DNA from: Candidatus Dormibacteria bacterium
GTDB lineage: Bacteria > Chloroflexota > Dormibacteria > DASZGP01
DNA: 64,000 bases
NCBI GenBank assembly: GCA_046262455.1
Contig: JBHEMS010000014.1
Span: 4,730 to 68,729, forward strand
Reading direction: 5' to 3'
Shown piece by piece: positions 8,334-17,415 of the stretch. Numbering within the stretch: position 1 is the stretch's first letter; every line of letters starts with the position of its first letter. The notes beneath the pieces are model-generated. The model ran no database searches, had not been told where the DNA came from, and was given only the letters and a program-made list of their open reading frames with translations. Position numbers and translations under genes: made by a program.

Positions 8334-9574
8334 GCGTCGCGATCGCCGCCCGGGGGCTGGGCAAGCGTTACGTCAAGCTGGAGGAGGCGCCCGTGCTGGG
8401 CGGGTGGCTGCTCGGCATGGGGCGCGACCGGGAGAGCGACTTCTGGGCGCTGCGCGACGTGGATCTGGAGGTGATGCGCGGCGAGACGATCGGCCTGATC
8501 GGTCGCAATGGTTCGGGCAAGACAACGTTGCTGCGGATGATGGCGGGCATCAGCCAGCCCACCGAGGGCACCCTGCGGGTGGTCGGGCGGATCGCGCCGT
8601 TGATCTCGGTGGGCGTGGGCTTCCGTCCCGAGATGACCGGCCGTGAGAACGTGATCCTGAACGGGATGCTGCTGGGCCAGCCGCGTGAGGAGATGGAGCG
8701 GCGCCTGGCGGAGATCGTGGAGTTCGCGGAGCTGGAGGACTTCATCGACGTCCCTGTGAAGTTCTACTCGTCGGGGATGTTCCTGCGCCTGGGCTACAGC
8801 GTGGCGGTGCATGTCGACCCCGACATCCTGCTGGTGGACGAGGTGCTGGCGGTCGGCGACATCGGTTTCCAGCGCAAGTGCGTGGAGCGCATGGCTGAGC
8901 TCCAGGCCGCGGGCACCACCGTGGTGCTGGTGAGCCATGCGATGGGGGTGGTGCGGTCGGTGTGCTCACGGGTGGTGGTGATGGCGGGGGGCAAGGTGGA
9001 CTTCGTGGGGGACCCCAGCGCGGCGATCGCGCGCTATTTCGACTCCTTCACGGTCCCTGGCGCCGTGGCCCCCGGCGCGCTGGAGCGGCAGCAGGCCATC
9101 TCCGGAGACGGCCACGTGGTTGCCGGTGGCGTGACCGTCCTCGACCAGTCGCTGGACGCCGGGCTGCAGAGCGGCCGCGAGGTGACCCCGGGCGAGGCGA
9201 TCGTGGCGCGCATCCGGGTGCGGTTCGACGTCGCGACCGAGAGCCCGGTGATCGGTATCCAGGTGCTGAATGAGAGCGGCGAAAAGGTGTATGCGCAGTA
9301 CACCGAGCCGGGCCGGAAATACAGCCGCTTCGCGGCCGGCGAGGAGGTCGAGGTGATGGTGCGGTTGCGCTGTCACCTGGTTGGCGGCTGGTACCGGCTG
9401 GTGTTCTCGGTAACCACCACGGACGCCCGCCAGGTGCTGGCTGCGGACCTGGCCGGGATGACCTTCGGGGTGGCGCATACGCCCTTCTCCACCGGCGTAG
9501 CCGACCTCGAGGGCTCGATCGAGGTGGCTTCGGAGGTGATCTCGGGCTCTACACGGTCTTTTGAGCGAGCGTGA
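8330..9574 (+). CDS. wzt: polysaccharide ABC exporter ATP-binding protein with C-terminal Wzt_C-like domain
   Basis: Walker A GRNGSGKTT, signature YSSGM and Walker B ILLVDEV are present. A beta-rich extension of about 160 aa follows the NBD. The GTG start overlaps the wzm stop (GTGA). Confidence 0.9.
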   Translation: MSVAIAARGLGKRYVKLEEAPVLGGWLLGMGRDRESDFWALRDVDLEVMRGETIGLIGRNGSGKTTLLRMMAGISQPTEGTLRVVGRIAPLISVGVGFRPEMTGRENVILNGMLLGQPREEMERRLAEIVEFAELEDFIDVPVKFYSSGMFLRLGYSVAVHVDPDILLVDEVLAVGDIGFQRKCVERMAELQAAGTTVVLVSHAMGVVRSVCSRVVVMAGGKVDFVGDPSAAIARYFDSFTVPGAVAPGALERQQAISGDGHVVAGGVTVLDQSLDAGLQSGREVTPGEAIVARIRVRFDVATESPVIGIQVLNESGEKVYAQYTEPGRKYSRFAAGEEVEVMVRLRCHLVGGWYRLVFSVTTTDARQVLAADLAGMTFGVAHTPFSTGVADLEGSIEVASEVISGSTRSFERA

Positions 9575-10256
9575 AGCAGAAGAGGGTGCCTTCACCAACT
9601 CGCCTCGAAACCGTCATTCCACCATCGGCCAGGGCCTGCTCGAGGCGTTCTCGAGGCAGCGCCGAGCCCAGCCACGAAGGGTGCAGGCAGGTGGGCGGGC
9701 CGTTGGCGGTGGGCGCCTGACCCGCCCACCTCTCTGGGCGGTGCAGCGCAGGGTCGTCGCTGGCCTGGAACAGCGCCCAGCCGCCGGGGCGCAGCACCCG
9801 GCCCATGTCGCGGAGATATCCGCAGGTGACCTCGGGGTCGGGGATGTGCTGGAAGGTCACAAACGAGTACACCACGTCGGCGGTCGCGTCAGGGCAGCCC
9901 GCCAGGTCGACGCCGTTCCCCACCAGGAGTTCGATGTTGTCGATGCCCGCGAGCGCCTCGCGGGCCCCGGCGATCATCCCCGGGGACACATCGATGGCCA
10001 CCACCCGGGCGGCGCGCGACGCCAGCGCGCGGGTGATGCGACCTATCCCGCACCCGATCTCCAGCACCACCTGCGAGGGGTCGAGGCGCAGGTCGAACAG
10101 CGCCAGCGAGTCTTCCAGGGCCTGCTCCCCGGAGGCCCAGAACGCGGCCTCGTCGGGGTGGTCAAAATCGAGCGCGCTGTTGATGAACCACAGGGGGTTC
10201 TCCCGCGCGCGCTGGTCCCAGAACCCGGCCATCTCCCCGCCGGTGCCTTCGTTCAC
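9549..10256 (-). CDS. class I SAM-dependent methyltransferase
   Basis: VLEIGCGIGRITRALA (motif I)...VVAIDVSPGM...VVYSFVTFQHI. Confidence 0.8.
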   Translation of the reverse strand: MNEGTGGEMAGFWDQRARENPLWFINSALDFDHPDEAAFWASGEQALEDSLALFDLRLDPSQVVLEIGCGIGRITRALASRAARVVAIDVSPGMIAGAREALAGIDNIELLVGNGVDLAGCPDATADVVYSFVTFQHIPDPEVTCGYLRDMGRVLRPGGWALFQASDDPALHRPERWAGQAPTANGPPTCLHPSWLGSALPRERLEQALADGGMTVSRRVGEGTLFCFTLAQKTV

Positions 10257-11370
10257 CGCGAGATTATCGGGGCGTCCTGAGCTGGACCTGCTGTTCAGCC
10301 TGACCTACCAGTGGCCCGAGGTCCGGCGTGGGTCGGAACGGCTGGTGAGCGACCTGGGGCGGGTGCTCGGCGCGCGGGGTCACCGCGTGACGGTGGTGAG
10401 CGGGACGCGGGGCAGGGGGCGCCGCGAGGCGCCGGCGCCGGGCGTGCGCTCGGCGCTGGTGCCATTCACGCGGGCGCGCCTGGCCGGGCTGTCGGAACTG
10501 GAATCCGGCGCGACCCGCGCGCTGGTCGCGGGGCTCGCCCGCAACGCCGAGGTGTGCCACGCCTTCTACCCGTCGGACGGCTATGGCTTCCACCTCGCCA
10601 CACGGCTGCGGCGCCGCCCTCACGTGGTGAGCTGGCTGGGGATGCCCGACCGCGAGTGGTGGGAGGCGCACGAACCGCGCACCCACGGCTGGTTCCTGCG
10701 CTCCCTGGAGACGGCCGGCGCGATAACCGTGATGAGCGCGGCGGCCGCTGACGTGATGGCCCAGCAGTACGGGCGGCTGCCGTTGGTGCTGCCGCCCGGG
10801 GTTGACACCGCCGACTTCAGGCGACCGCGCGCCCGCCCCGGGCCGCCGGTGATCCTGTGCGCCGATGCCATCGACGACCCGCGGAAGCGCATCGACACCC
10901 TGCTGGCAGCGTTCGCCGTGCTCGCGGCGGAAGACCGCGAGGTGCGGCTGCTGCTGGTGGGCGATGGCGATCCCCGTGTCCTGCGGGAGCGCGTCGCCGG
11001 GCTGCGGGCGGGCCGCCTGGAGGGGGTGACCATCGCCCGCAGCGATGATGTCGCCGCGGCCTGTGCAGGCGCCGCCGTGGGGGTCCTGACAGGCGAACGC
11101 GAGGTGTTCGGCCTGGTCACCCTGGAGTTCCTGGCGGCGGGAATCCCGGCGGTCGTCCCGGAGACCGCGGGCAGCCGCATGTTGGTGCCCGCAGGCGCCG
11201 GGCTGGCCTATGACCCCACGGACGTCGCGGGATGCGCCGCGGCGCTGCGCGATGCGCTGAAGTTGGCGGCCGACCCGGCTACGGAGGACCGGTGCCGGGC
11301 CGCGGCTGCGCCCCACGACTGGAGCCTTCGGTTGGGCGACTACGAGCGCCTCTACGAGGGGCTTGGGTGA
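10243..11370 (+). CDS. GT4-family glycosyltransferase
   Basis: ELDLLFSLTYQWPEVRRGSERLVSDLGRVLGARGHRVTVVSG forms the GT4 N-domain, and EVFGLVTLEFLAAGIPAVV is the C-terminal E-x7-E region. GTG at 10243 is the nearest canonical start upstream of the conserved N-terminus; CTG at 10282 is an alternative. Confidence 0.75.
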   Translation: MPSFTARLSGRPELDLLFSLTYQWPEVRRGSERLVSDLGRVLGARGHRVTVVSGTRGRGRREAPAPGVRSALVPFTRARLAGLSELESGATRALVAGLARNAEVCHAFYPSDGYGFHLATRLRRRPHVVSWLGMPDREWWEAHEPRTHGWFLRSLETAGAITVMSAAAADVMAQQYGRLPLVLPPGVDTADFRRPRARPGPPVILCADAIDDPRKRIDTLLAAFAVLAAEDREVRLLLVGDGDPRVLRERVAGLRAGRLEGVTIARSDDVAAACAGAAVGVLTGEREVFGLVTLEFLAAGIPAVVPETAGSRMLVPAGAGLAYDPTDVAGCAAALRDALKLAADPATEDRCRAAAAPHDWSLRLGDYERLYEGLG

Positions 11371-12464
11371 TGAGCAGGGTGCGTGCGGCCTGGCACGGCG
11401 GGCCGACCGGGATGGCCCGACGCCACGCCGCGCTGGTCGCGCTCCTCGCGGGGCGCAGGCTTCGGGAGCGAGCCCCGTGGCCGGCCCGGCTGCTGGAGCT
11501 GGGCGCGGCGGGGAACTTCATCGCCACCTACCTGCGCGGCCGGCAGCGAGGCGCCGCCGAGATGGAGGTGCACCGCGCGCGCATGGGCCGCCTGCGGCCG
11601 GAGGTCCTGGAGCACTTCTATGTCCACGTGGTGGGCTCCATGGAGGCCGAGCTGGAGCACTTCCCGACGTACGATCGCCGCAAGCACGAGCAGCGCTACT
11701 ACCTAGTGGTGAAGGCGGTAATTCGACACCTGCCGGCCGGGGGTGTGCTGGCAGACGTCGGGTCGGCGTCGGGCCTGGTGCTGGACCGCGTCTCAGCCCG
11801 AGTGCCCTGCCGGACGGTGGGATTCGACCTCTCGATCTACGGCCTGCGTGCGCGCCGCGCACGACCGGGGACGCCGGTGCTGGCCCAGGCGGTGGTGGAG
11901 CACATCCCGATGCGCGACGCCTCGGCCGACGTGGTGGTGTTCAGCGAGGTCATCGAGCACCTGGTCGACGCCGCCGCGGGGATGGCGGAGGTGGCGCGGA
12001 TCACCCGGCCGGGTGGGGTCGTGGTTCTCACCACCAACAACGCCGGCGAGATGCCCACGCGGTCACCCGGCCACGACCCGCTGCAGTGGTGCGAACGGCT
12101 CCTCGGTCGCTGGTTTCCGGCGCTGATGGCGTTTCGCAACCTGACCTGGGATGAGCCCATCAACGACCCCGCCGACCCCCTGTCCCGGGAGGCGCCGACG
12201 TACGCCCCACACCGCCACTTCACCTACGCCGAGTTGCGCGACCTGGCCCACCAGTGCGGCCTGGAGGTGGAGCTCTCGCGAAGCTTCGAGTTCCCCGCGC
12301 CACAGTCGACGGCGGCGGTCTGGCTGAGGACGCTGACCGACCGGCACCCCGCCCTCGGTGACGCCCTGGCCGGCGGCTTCGAGTGGGCGGCCGGCCGGGT
12401 CCCGGGGCTAAGGCTGATGGGGACTCATCACCTGCTCGTGCTGCGGCGAGCGGACGCCCGATAA
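11370..12464 (+). CDS. class I SAM-dependent methyltransferase (Methyltransf_11-like)
   Basis: VLADVGSASGLV...VGFDLS...ADVVVFSEVIEHL...PGGVVVLTT. ATG at 11370 shares 1 nt with the upstream stop (TGATG). The longer ORF-track N-terminus is an Arg/Gly-rich artefact. Confidence 0.75.
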   Translation: MSRVRAAWHGGPTGMARRHAALVALLAGRRLRERAPWPARLLELGAAGNFIATYLRGRQRGAAEMEVHRARMGRLRPEVLEHFYVHVVGSMEAELEHFPTYDRRKHEQRYYLVVKAVIRHLPAGGVLADVGSASGLVLDRVSARVPCRTVGFDLSIYGLRARRARPGTPVLAQAVVEHIPMRDASADVVVFSEVIEHLVDAAAGMAEVARITRPGGVVVLTTNNAGEMPTRSPGHDPLQWCERLLGRWFPALMAFRNLTWDEPINDPADPLSREAPTYAPHRHFTYAELRDLAHQCGLEVELSRSFEFPAPQSTAAVWLRTLTDRHPALGDALAGGFEWAAGRVPGLRLMGTHHLLVLRRADAR

Positions 12465-12475
12465 GCTCGGGCGCT

Positions 12476-13438
12476 ATGGAAGAGAGGTTCGCCGTGGTGT
12501 CGGTCGTGGTGCCGACCTACCACCGGCCTGCCGCCTTGCGGGACTGTGTGGCTGCGGTGCTCCGGCAGGAGCTCCCGGCAGGGACTGAGCTGGAGGTGGC
12601 AATCGCGGTGAGCGACCCGGCGGCGGCCGCTGACCTCGAGGCGGCGATGGAGCTGGCCGCGGACCCGCGCGTCAGGGTGGCCACCGCGGAGCGACCAGGC
12701 CCGGCCGCAGCGCGCAACGCCGGCATTCGCGCGGCCCGGGGCGAGGCCCTGGCGTTCATCGATGACGATTGCCGGCCGCGCGCCGGCTGGCTGGAACAGG
12801 GGCTTCTGGCGCTGGCCGGCGCCGACCTGGTGCAGGGCCGCACCGTGGCCATGGATGGACGGCCCGGGCTGGCGCACGCGGTGAACGTCGCGCCCCTGAG
12901 CTGGCTCTGGGAGGGGTGCAACCTGTTCTGCCGCGCCGAGATCGCCCGCTCGCAGCAGTTCGACCAGGACTGGAACCCCACCGGGCGCGAAGGCGGCCAC
13001 TCGGGCGAGGACACCGAGTGGGGGTGGCGGGTGGTGCGCGCCGGGGCGCGCGCGGCGGCGGCGCCGGGCGCGGTGGTGGAGCACGAGGTGCGGTCCTGGA
13101 CCCTCCGCGAGGACCTCGCCTACCAGTTCGGCAGCCGGCACCTCCCGGCTCTCTTCCGCGTCGCCCCCGAGGCGCGCGGTCATTTCACCGGCGGCTACTT
13201 TTTGACCAAGCGGCACATCATGCTCGCCGGGGCCGCCACGCTGCTGACCGCCGGCGCGGCCGCAGCGGTGGCGGGGCAGCGGGGTCTCGGGCGCCTCGCG
13301 TTGGGGGCCGGGGCGGCGGTCTACCTGTCGGGGTTCCGGGGGGATGTCGAGGGTCTGCTGAGCTACGCCCTGGGCGATGCCGTACTGGTCGGCTCAGCGA
13401 TTTTGAACAGCGCGCGCTCGCGGAGGTTGGTCCTCTGA
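12476..13438 (+). CDS. GT2-family glycosyltransferase
   Basis: VSVVVPTYHRPAALRDCV...AARNAGIRAARGEALAFIDDDCRP is the GT-A fold signature including DxD. The start is Met at 12476. Confidence 0.85.
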   Translation: MEERFAVVSVVVPTYHRPAALRDCVAAVLRQELPAGTELEVAIAVSDPAAAADLEAAMELAADPRVRVATAERPGPAAARNAGIRAARGEALAFIDDDCRPRAGWLEQGLLALAGADLVQGRTVAMDGRPGLAHAVNVAPLSWLWEGCNLFCRAEIARSQQFDQDWNPTGREGGHSGEDTEWGWRVVRAGARAAAAPGAVVEHEVRSWTLREDLAYQFGSRHLPALFRVAPEARGHFTGGYFLTKRHIMLAGAATLLTAGAAAAVAGQRGLGRLALGAGAAVYLSGFRGDVEGLLSYALGDAVLVGSAILNSARSRRLVL

Positions 13439-14400
13439 CGCTGCCCGGGCTGGTCTCGGTGTTGGTGCCGACCTTTCATCGGCCGGGACTGCTTTCGGAG
13501 GCAGTCGAGGCCGTGCTGGCCCAGGAGCTCCCCGAGGGTGTGGCCCTGGAGACCATCATCTGCGTCAGCGACCCGTCGAACCCCGAGGATGTCGCGGCCG
13601 CGACCGCGCTGGCGGCCGACCCCCGCGTACGGGTCGCCCTGGGGCCGGCCCAGGGACCGGCGGGGTCCCGCAACGCCGGTATGCGCGAGGCGCGGGGGGA
13701 CGTGCTGGCGTTCACCGATGACGACTGCCGTCCCCGTCCCGAGTGGATCGCACGGGCCCTCGCAGCGCTGGAGGGGGCGGACATGGTGCAGGGTCTGACG
13801 CGACCCGCCGGGCCCGTACCGCCCTGGCACCACAGTGTCACCGCGGTCCCCCCGACCTGGCGGTGGGAGACATCCAACCTGGTCGTCACCCGGGAGATGG
13901 CGGAGCGGACCGGGCCGTTCTCAACCGAATTCTGGACCGGCGGGATGCCATACGGGGAAGACGTGGAGTGGGGGTGGCGCGCCGTGCGGCTGGGGGCGCG
14001 GGCCGCCTTCACCAGCGAGGCGGTGGTGGAGCACGCGGTGTCGCGCCGCGGCCCGCTGGCCACGCTTCGCTATTACGTGCTGCAGGGTCGATACGCGCAG
14101 GTCGTGGCGCGCGTCCCCGAGGCGCGGCAATCGCTGGCCGGGGGGACATGGATCGATCCCCGCCACCGGTTCATCGCCGCGGGACTGGCGGCGGCCATCA
14201 TCTCCGCGGGCCTCGCGACGACCGGGCGCGGGCGACCGGCGCGGGCGGCGGCGGGACTTGCCGGGGCGGCGATGCTCAGCGCCAACGCCGGGCTGATCCG
14301 CGGCGTCGGAGAGGGCATCGGAACACGGGCGATGCAGGAGGCGGCGCAGTTCGCCGGCTGTGTCTATGGGTCGATCCGCTGGCGCCGGCTGCTGCTCTAA
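13435..14400 (+). CDS. GT2-family glycosyltransferase (tandem paralog of 12476-13438)
   Basis: VSVLVPTFHRPGLLSEAV...GSRNAGMREARGDVLAFTDDDCRP. There is no ATG/GTG/TTG between the upstream stop and the conserved beta-1 strand. CTG at 13435 overlaps the upstream TGA (CTGA); GTG at 13459 is an alternative start. Confidence 0.72.
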   Translation: MTLPGLVSVLVPTFHRPGLLSEAVEAVLAQELPEGVALETIICVSDPSNPEDVAAATALAADPRVRVALGPAQGPAGSRNAGMREARGDVLAFTDDDCRPRPEWIARALAALEGADMVQGLTRPAGPVPPWHHSVTAVPPTWRWETSNLVVTREMAERTGPFSTEFWTGGMPYGEDVEWGWRAVRLGARAAFTSEAVVEHAVSRRGPLATLRYYVLQGRYAQVVARVPEARQSLAGGTWIDPRHRFIAAGLAAAIISAGLATTGRGRPARAAAGLAGAAMLSANAGLIRGVGEGIGTRAMQEAAQFAGCVYGSIRWRRLLL

Positions 14401-14402
14401 CG

Positions 14403-15638
14403 GTGCGACTGCTGGTGGTCAGTAACGCCTACTGGCCTAACTTCAACGGGGGGTTCGAGATCCTGTGCGAGGAGCACGTGGGCTGGCTGGTGGGCCGGGG
14501 TCACGAGGTCGTCGTGCTGACGGTGAAATCCAGCGTCGACGGCCCGGCGCCCGGGGTGGGGCGCCACGGGGAGCGCGTGGTCCGTGGACTGGAGTTCCGG
14601 TGGGCCGACTACCAGCACCGGCACCCGGGCCCCTTGACCAGCGTCCGCCAGGAGCTGGAACAGCGGCGCCTCGTCGAAGGCCTGCTGGCGAAATGGACGC
14701 CGGACGTCGCGGCGCTCTGGGGAATGGCCGGTGTGGGCAAGTCGCTGATCGCCGAGGTACAGGAGCGGGGCGTCCCGATGGTCGCGGTCATCGGTGAGCC
14801 CTGGCCCGTGTGGGACCTGGCCTCCGACCCATGGCTGCGGAAGTGGGTTGACGGTGGGACGCCACGCATCATCAGGAAGGTGCTTGCCCCGGTGGGCCGG
14901 CGGGTGGCGCCGATCCAGCTGGCGACCGCCCTCTCTGCGGTGACCCCGCTCTACGTCAGCGAGGACGTCCGGGTCATGTCCGAGGCGGGGGTGCCGGCGT
15001 GGAGTGGTCGCGGCACGCTGGTCCCCAACGGCATCAGGGGGGAGGCCTTTCCGGCGGTGCCGCGCGAAGCCCTGCCGGCCGTGCCGCGACTGCTTTACGC
15101 AGGGCGAGTGGAGCAACGCAAGGGGCTCCACACGGTGATCGAGGCGTTGGACCAGCTGCGTCGGGAGGGGGTCGAGACGGCGCTCACGATTGCGGGCTGG
15201 GAGCACGCGACCTATGCCGCTGATATCCGCGCCGCGGTGGCCCGCGCCGGGCTGGACGATGCGGTCACATGGCGCGGTCCGGTGACCCGCGCGGCGCTGG
15301 CGATGCTCTATGGCGCGCACGACGTGCTGCTTTTCCCCACCATCTGGCGCGAGCCATTCGGTTTAGTACCGCTGGAGGCCATGGCCACCGGCTGCGCGGT
15401 GCTCGCGACCGGCACCGGCGGCTCGGCCGATTACCTCCGCGACGAGCAGAATTGCCTGCTCTTCCCGGCGGAGTCAGCAACCGGCCTGGCGGGCGCGCTG
15501 ACCCGGCTGCGCGACGAGCCGGCGCTGCTGGCGCGGCTGCGCGAGGGCGGCCGCGCGACCGCGGCGGCGCACGACTTCGAGCACTACGCGGAGACGGTGG
15601 AGCACCACCTGTTGGTCGCGGGGGGACTGGCCGCATAG
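14403..15638 (+). CDS. GT4-family glycosyltransferase
   Basis: The GTG start gives (M)RLLVVSNAYWPNFNGGFEILCEEHVGWLVGRGHEVVVLT. The C-terminal region is REPFGLVPLEAMATGCAVLAT. Confidence 0.8.
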   Translation: MRLLVVSNAYWPNFNGGFEILCEEHVGWLVGRGHEVVVLTVKSSVDGPAPGVGRHGERVVRGLEFRWADYQHRHPGPLTSVRQELEQRRLVEGLLAKWTPDVAALWGMAGVGKSLIAEVQERGVPMVAVIGEPWPVWDLASDPWLRKWVDGGTPRIIRKVLAPVGRRVAPIQLATALSAVTPLYVSEDVRVMSEAGVPAWSGRGTLVPNGIRGEAFPAVPREALPAVPRLLYAGRVEQRKGLHTVIEALDQLRREGVETALTIAGWEHATYAADIRAAVARAGLDDAVTWRGPVTRAALAMLYGAHDVLLFPTIWREPFGLVPLEAMATGCAVLATGTGGSADYLRDEQNCLLFPAESATGLAGALTRLRDEPALLARLREGGRATAAAHDFEHYAETVEHHLLVAGGLAA

Positions 15639-15652
15639 GCCCGCGCGCATCG

Positions 15653-16600
15653 GTGATCGTCTGCACCTGCGACCGGCCCGCCGGGTTGGCGCGGACCATG
15701 CGGTCGATCCTTGCCGACCCCTCGGTGGTCGAGCGGGAACTGCTGGTGGTGGACAACGGCTCGGAGGCCAACACCGAGGCCGTCGCCGCCGCTGTGCACA
15801 CCTCAAATGAGGGCGCCCCGTTCGCGGTGCGGCTGTTGCGTCAGCCCATCCCCGGCAAGTCACATGCCCTCAACCTGGCCATGCGCGAGGCCGCCGGCGA
15901 CGCGCTGCTCTTCACCGACGACGACGTCGAGGTCGAGGCCGGTTGGGCCGACGCGCTGGTGGCGCCATTCGTCGACAGCGCGGTTGGCCTGGTTGGGGGG
16001 CGGACGCTGCCGGCGTGGCCCGCCCCGCCCCCGGCGTGGGTCAGCCCCAGGATCGCCCGGGCCCTTGGCGTACGGGACCTCGGCGAGTCCGCGGGGCCAC
16101 TGCAGGCGGAGGATGTGATCGGGGCCAACATGGCCGTCCGGGCCGCCGCGCTGCCCGGCAGGGGGGACGCTTTCGACACCCGGCTCGGACCCCGGGGGGC
16201 GGTGAAGATGGACTACGAGGAGGTGGCCCTGGCCGAACTCGTCGGGCGACGGCATCAGCTGCGATACGCCGCGGCCGCCGTGGTGCGCCACCATATCGAC
16301 CCCGCCCGGGTGGACCTCGAGTGGCTGCGACGCATGAGCTTCCAGCGCGGCTTCGGCTGGGTCCAGCACGAGATGGCGCTGGAGCTGGATGGACGCGTCT
16401 CATTGCTCACCGGGCTCTACCGGGCTGCGTTCTACTATCCACGTACCTTGCTGCTCCGGGTGCGCCACGATGACAGCCGCTTCGGCCCCCGGGAGGCGGA
16501 CCGCGAGCTCGAGGGTTTCCGCGCGGCGGGACGCTATGTCGGCAGGCTGCTGTACCGTTGGCCGCGCGTGGCCAGCTGGGCCGCGGGCCACCTGGCCTGA
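15653..16600 (+). CDS. GT2-family glycosyltransferase
   Basis: The GTG start gives (M)IVCTCDRPAGLARTMRSIL...LLVVDNGSEANT...ALLFTDDDVEV (DxD motif). Confidence 0.75.
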   Translation: MIVCTCDRPAGLARTMRSILADPSVVERELLVVDNGSEANTEAVAAAVHTSNEGAPFAVRLLRQPIPGKSHALNLAMREAAGDALLFTDDDVEVEAGWADALVAPFVDSAVGLVGGRTLPAWPAPPPAWVSPRIARALGVRDLGESAGPLQAEDVIGANMAVRAAALPGRGDAFDTRLGPRGAVKMDYEEVALAELVGRRHQLRYAAAAVVRHHIDPARVDLEWLRRMSFQRGFGWVQHEMALELDGRVSLLTGLYRAAFYYPRTLLLRVRHDDSRFGPREADRELEGFRAAGRYVGRLLYRWPRVASWAAGHLA

Positions 16601-16602
16601 CG

Positions 16603-17415
16603 GTGGACGCCAGGGAACTCCGGGCGGCGATCGACGCGGTGCCCGTCTGGTACCACACCATGGAGCTGGCCCCCGGCGTGGTGACGCCGGGGTGGTTCGA
16701 CCTGCGGCCCATCGTGGACCGGATGCCCTGGCCCGACCTGCACGGGAAGCGGTGCCTGGATGTCGGCACCTACGACGGCTTTTTGGCCTTCGAGATGGAG
16801 CGCCGGGGCGCGGCAGAGGTCGTCTGCCTCGACATCCCCGATCACCGGGACTGGGACTGGCCCCCGCTGGTGCGCACCGGGGCCGCAGACCGGTTGGCGC
16901 TGCTCACGGGGGAGGCCAAGGGGACCGGCTTTGATGTCGCCTACGGCGCCCTGAAATCGACCGTGCGCAAGGTGCCGATGTCGGCGTACGACATAAGCGA
17001 GCCGGCGCTGGGGCGCTTCGATTTCGTGGTCTGCGGCAGCCTTCTGCTTCACCTGCGCGACCCGCTTCGCGCGCTGGAGGCGATGCGCTCGGTATGCGAT
17101 GGCGAATTCCTCTCCGCGGAGCACGTCGACCTCGCGCTGAGTGTGCTCACCCGCAACGCCCCGGTGGCACGCATCAACGGCGCCGACGAGCTGCTGCACT
17201 GGTGGATCCCGACCGTGGCCGGGCACCGGCAGATGGTGCGCGCCGCGGGCTTCGACCTGCTGCGCTGGACGCGACCGTACGGCATCCCTTTCGGCCCCGC
17301 CCACCCCGCGCCGGGAAGCACGCCGCGGGACCGCGCGACACGACTTCTGCAGCGCGCCTACATGGGCAACTATGGGCTCCCGCACGCGGCCGTGCTCGCC
17401 CGGCCCGCGGTGTAG
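16603..17415 (+). CDS. class I SAM-dependent methyltransferase (paralog of 918-1736)
   Basis: VWYHTMELAPG...CLDVGTYDGFLAFEMERRGA...FVVCGSLLLHLRDP. The GTG start at 16603 lies just after the upstream stop; ATG at 16558 is an alternative. Confidence 0.75.
   Translation: MDARELRAAIDAVPVWYHTMELAPGVVTPGWFDLRPIVDRMPWPDLHGKRCLDVGTYDGFLAFEMERRGAAEVVCLDIPDHRDWDWPPLVRTGAADRLALLTGEAKGTGFDVAYGALKSTVRKVPMSAYDISEPALGRFDFVVCGSLLLHLRDPLRALEAMRSVCDGEFLSAEHVDLALSVLTRNAPVARINGADELLHWWIPTVAGHRQMVRAAGFDLLRWTRPYGIPFGPAHPAPGSTPRDRATRLLQRAYMGNYGLPHAAVLARPAV

Noticed and set aside
12769-15638. Long N-terminal extensions given by the ORF track for several genes (12769, 13743, 15269, 9805, 11232, 12383, 29084, 54915, 57483, 33893, 20131-21552).
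   Set aside because: The extensions overlap the preceding gene in another frame and are low-complexity. Conserved family N-termini begin right after the upstream stop, so shorter starts were chosen.
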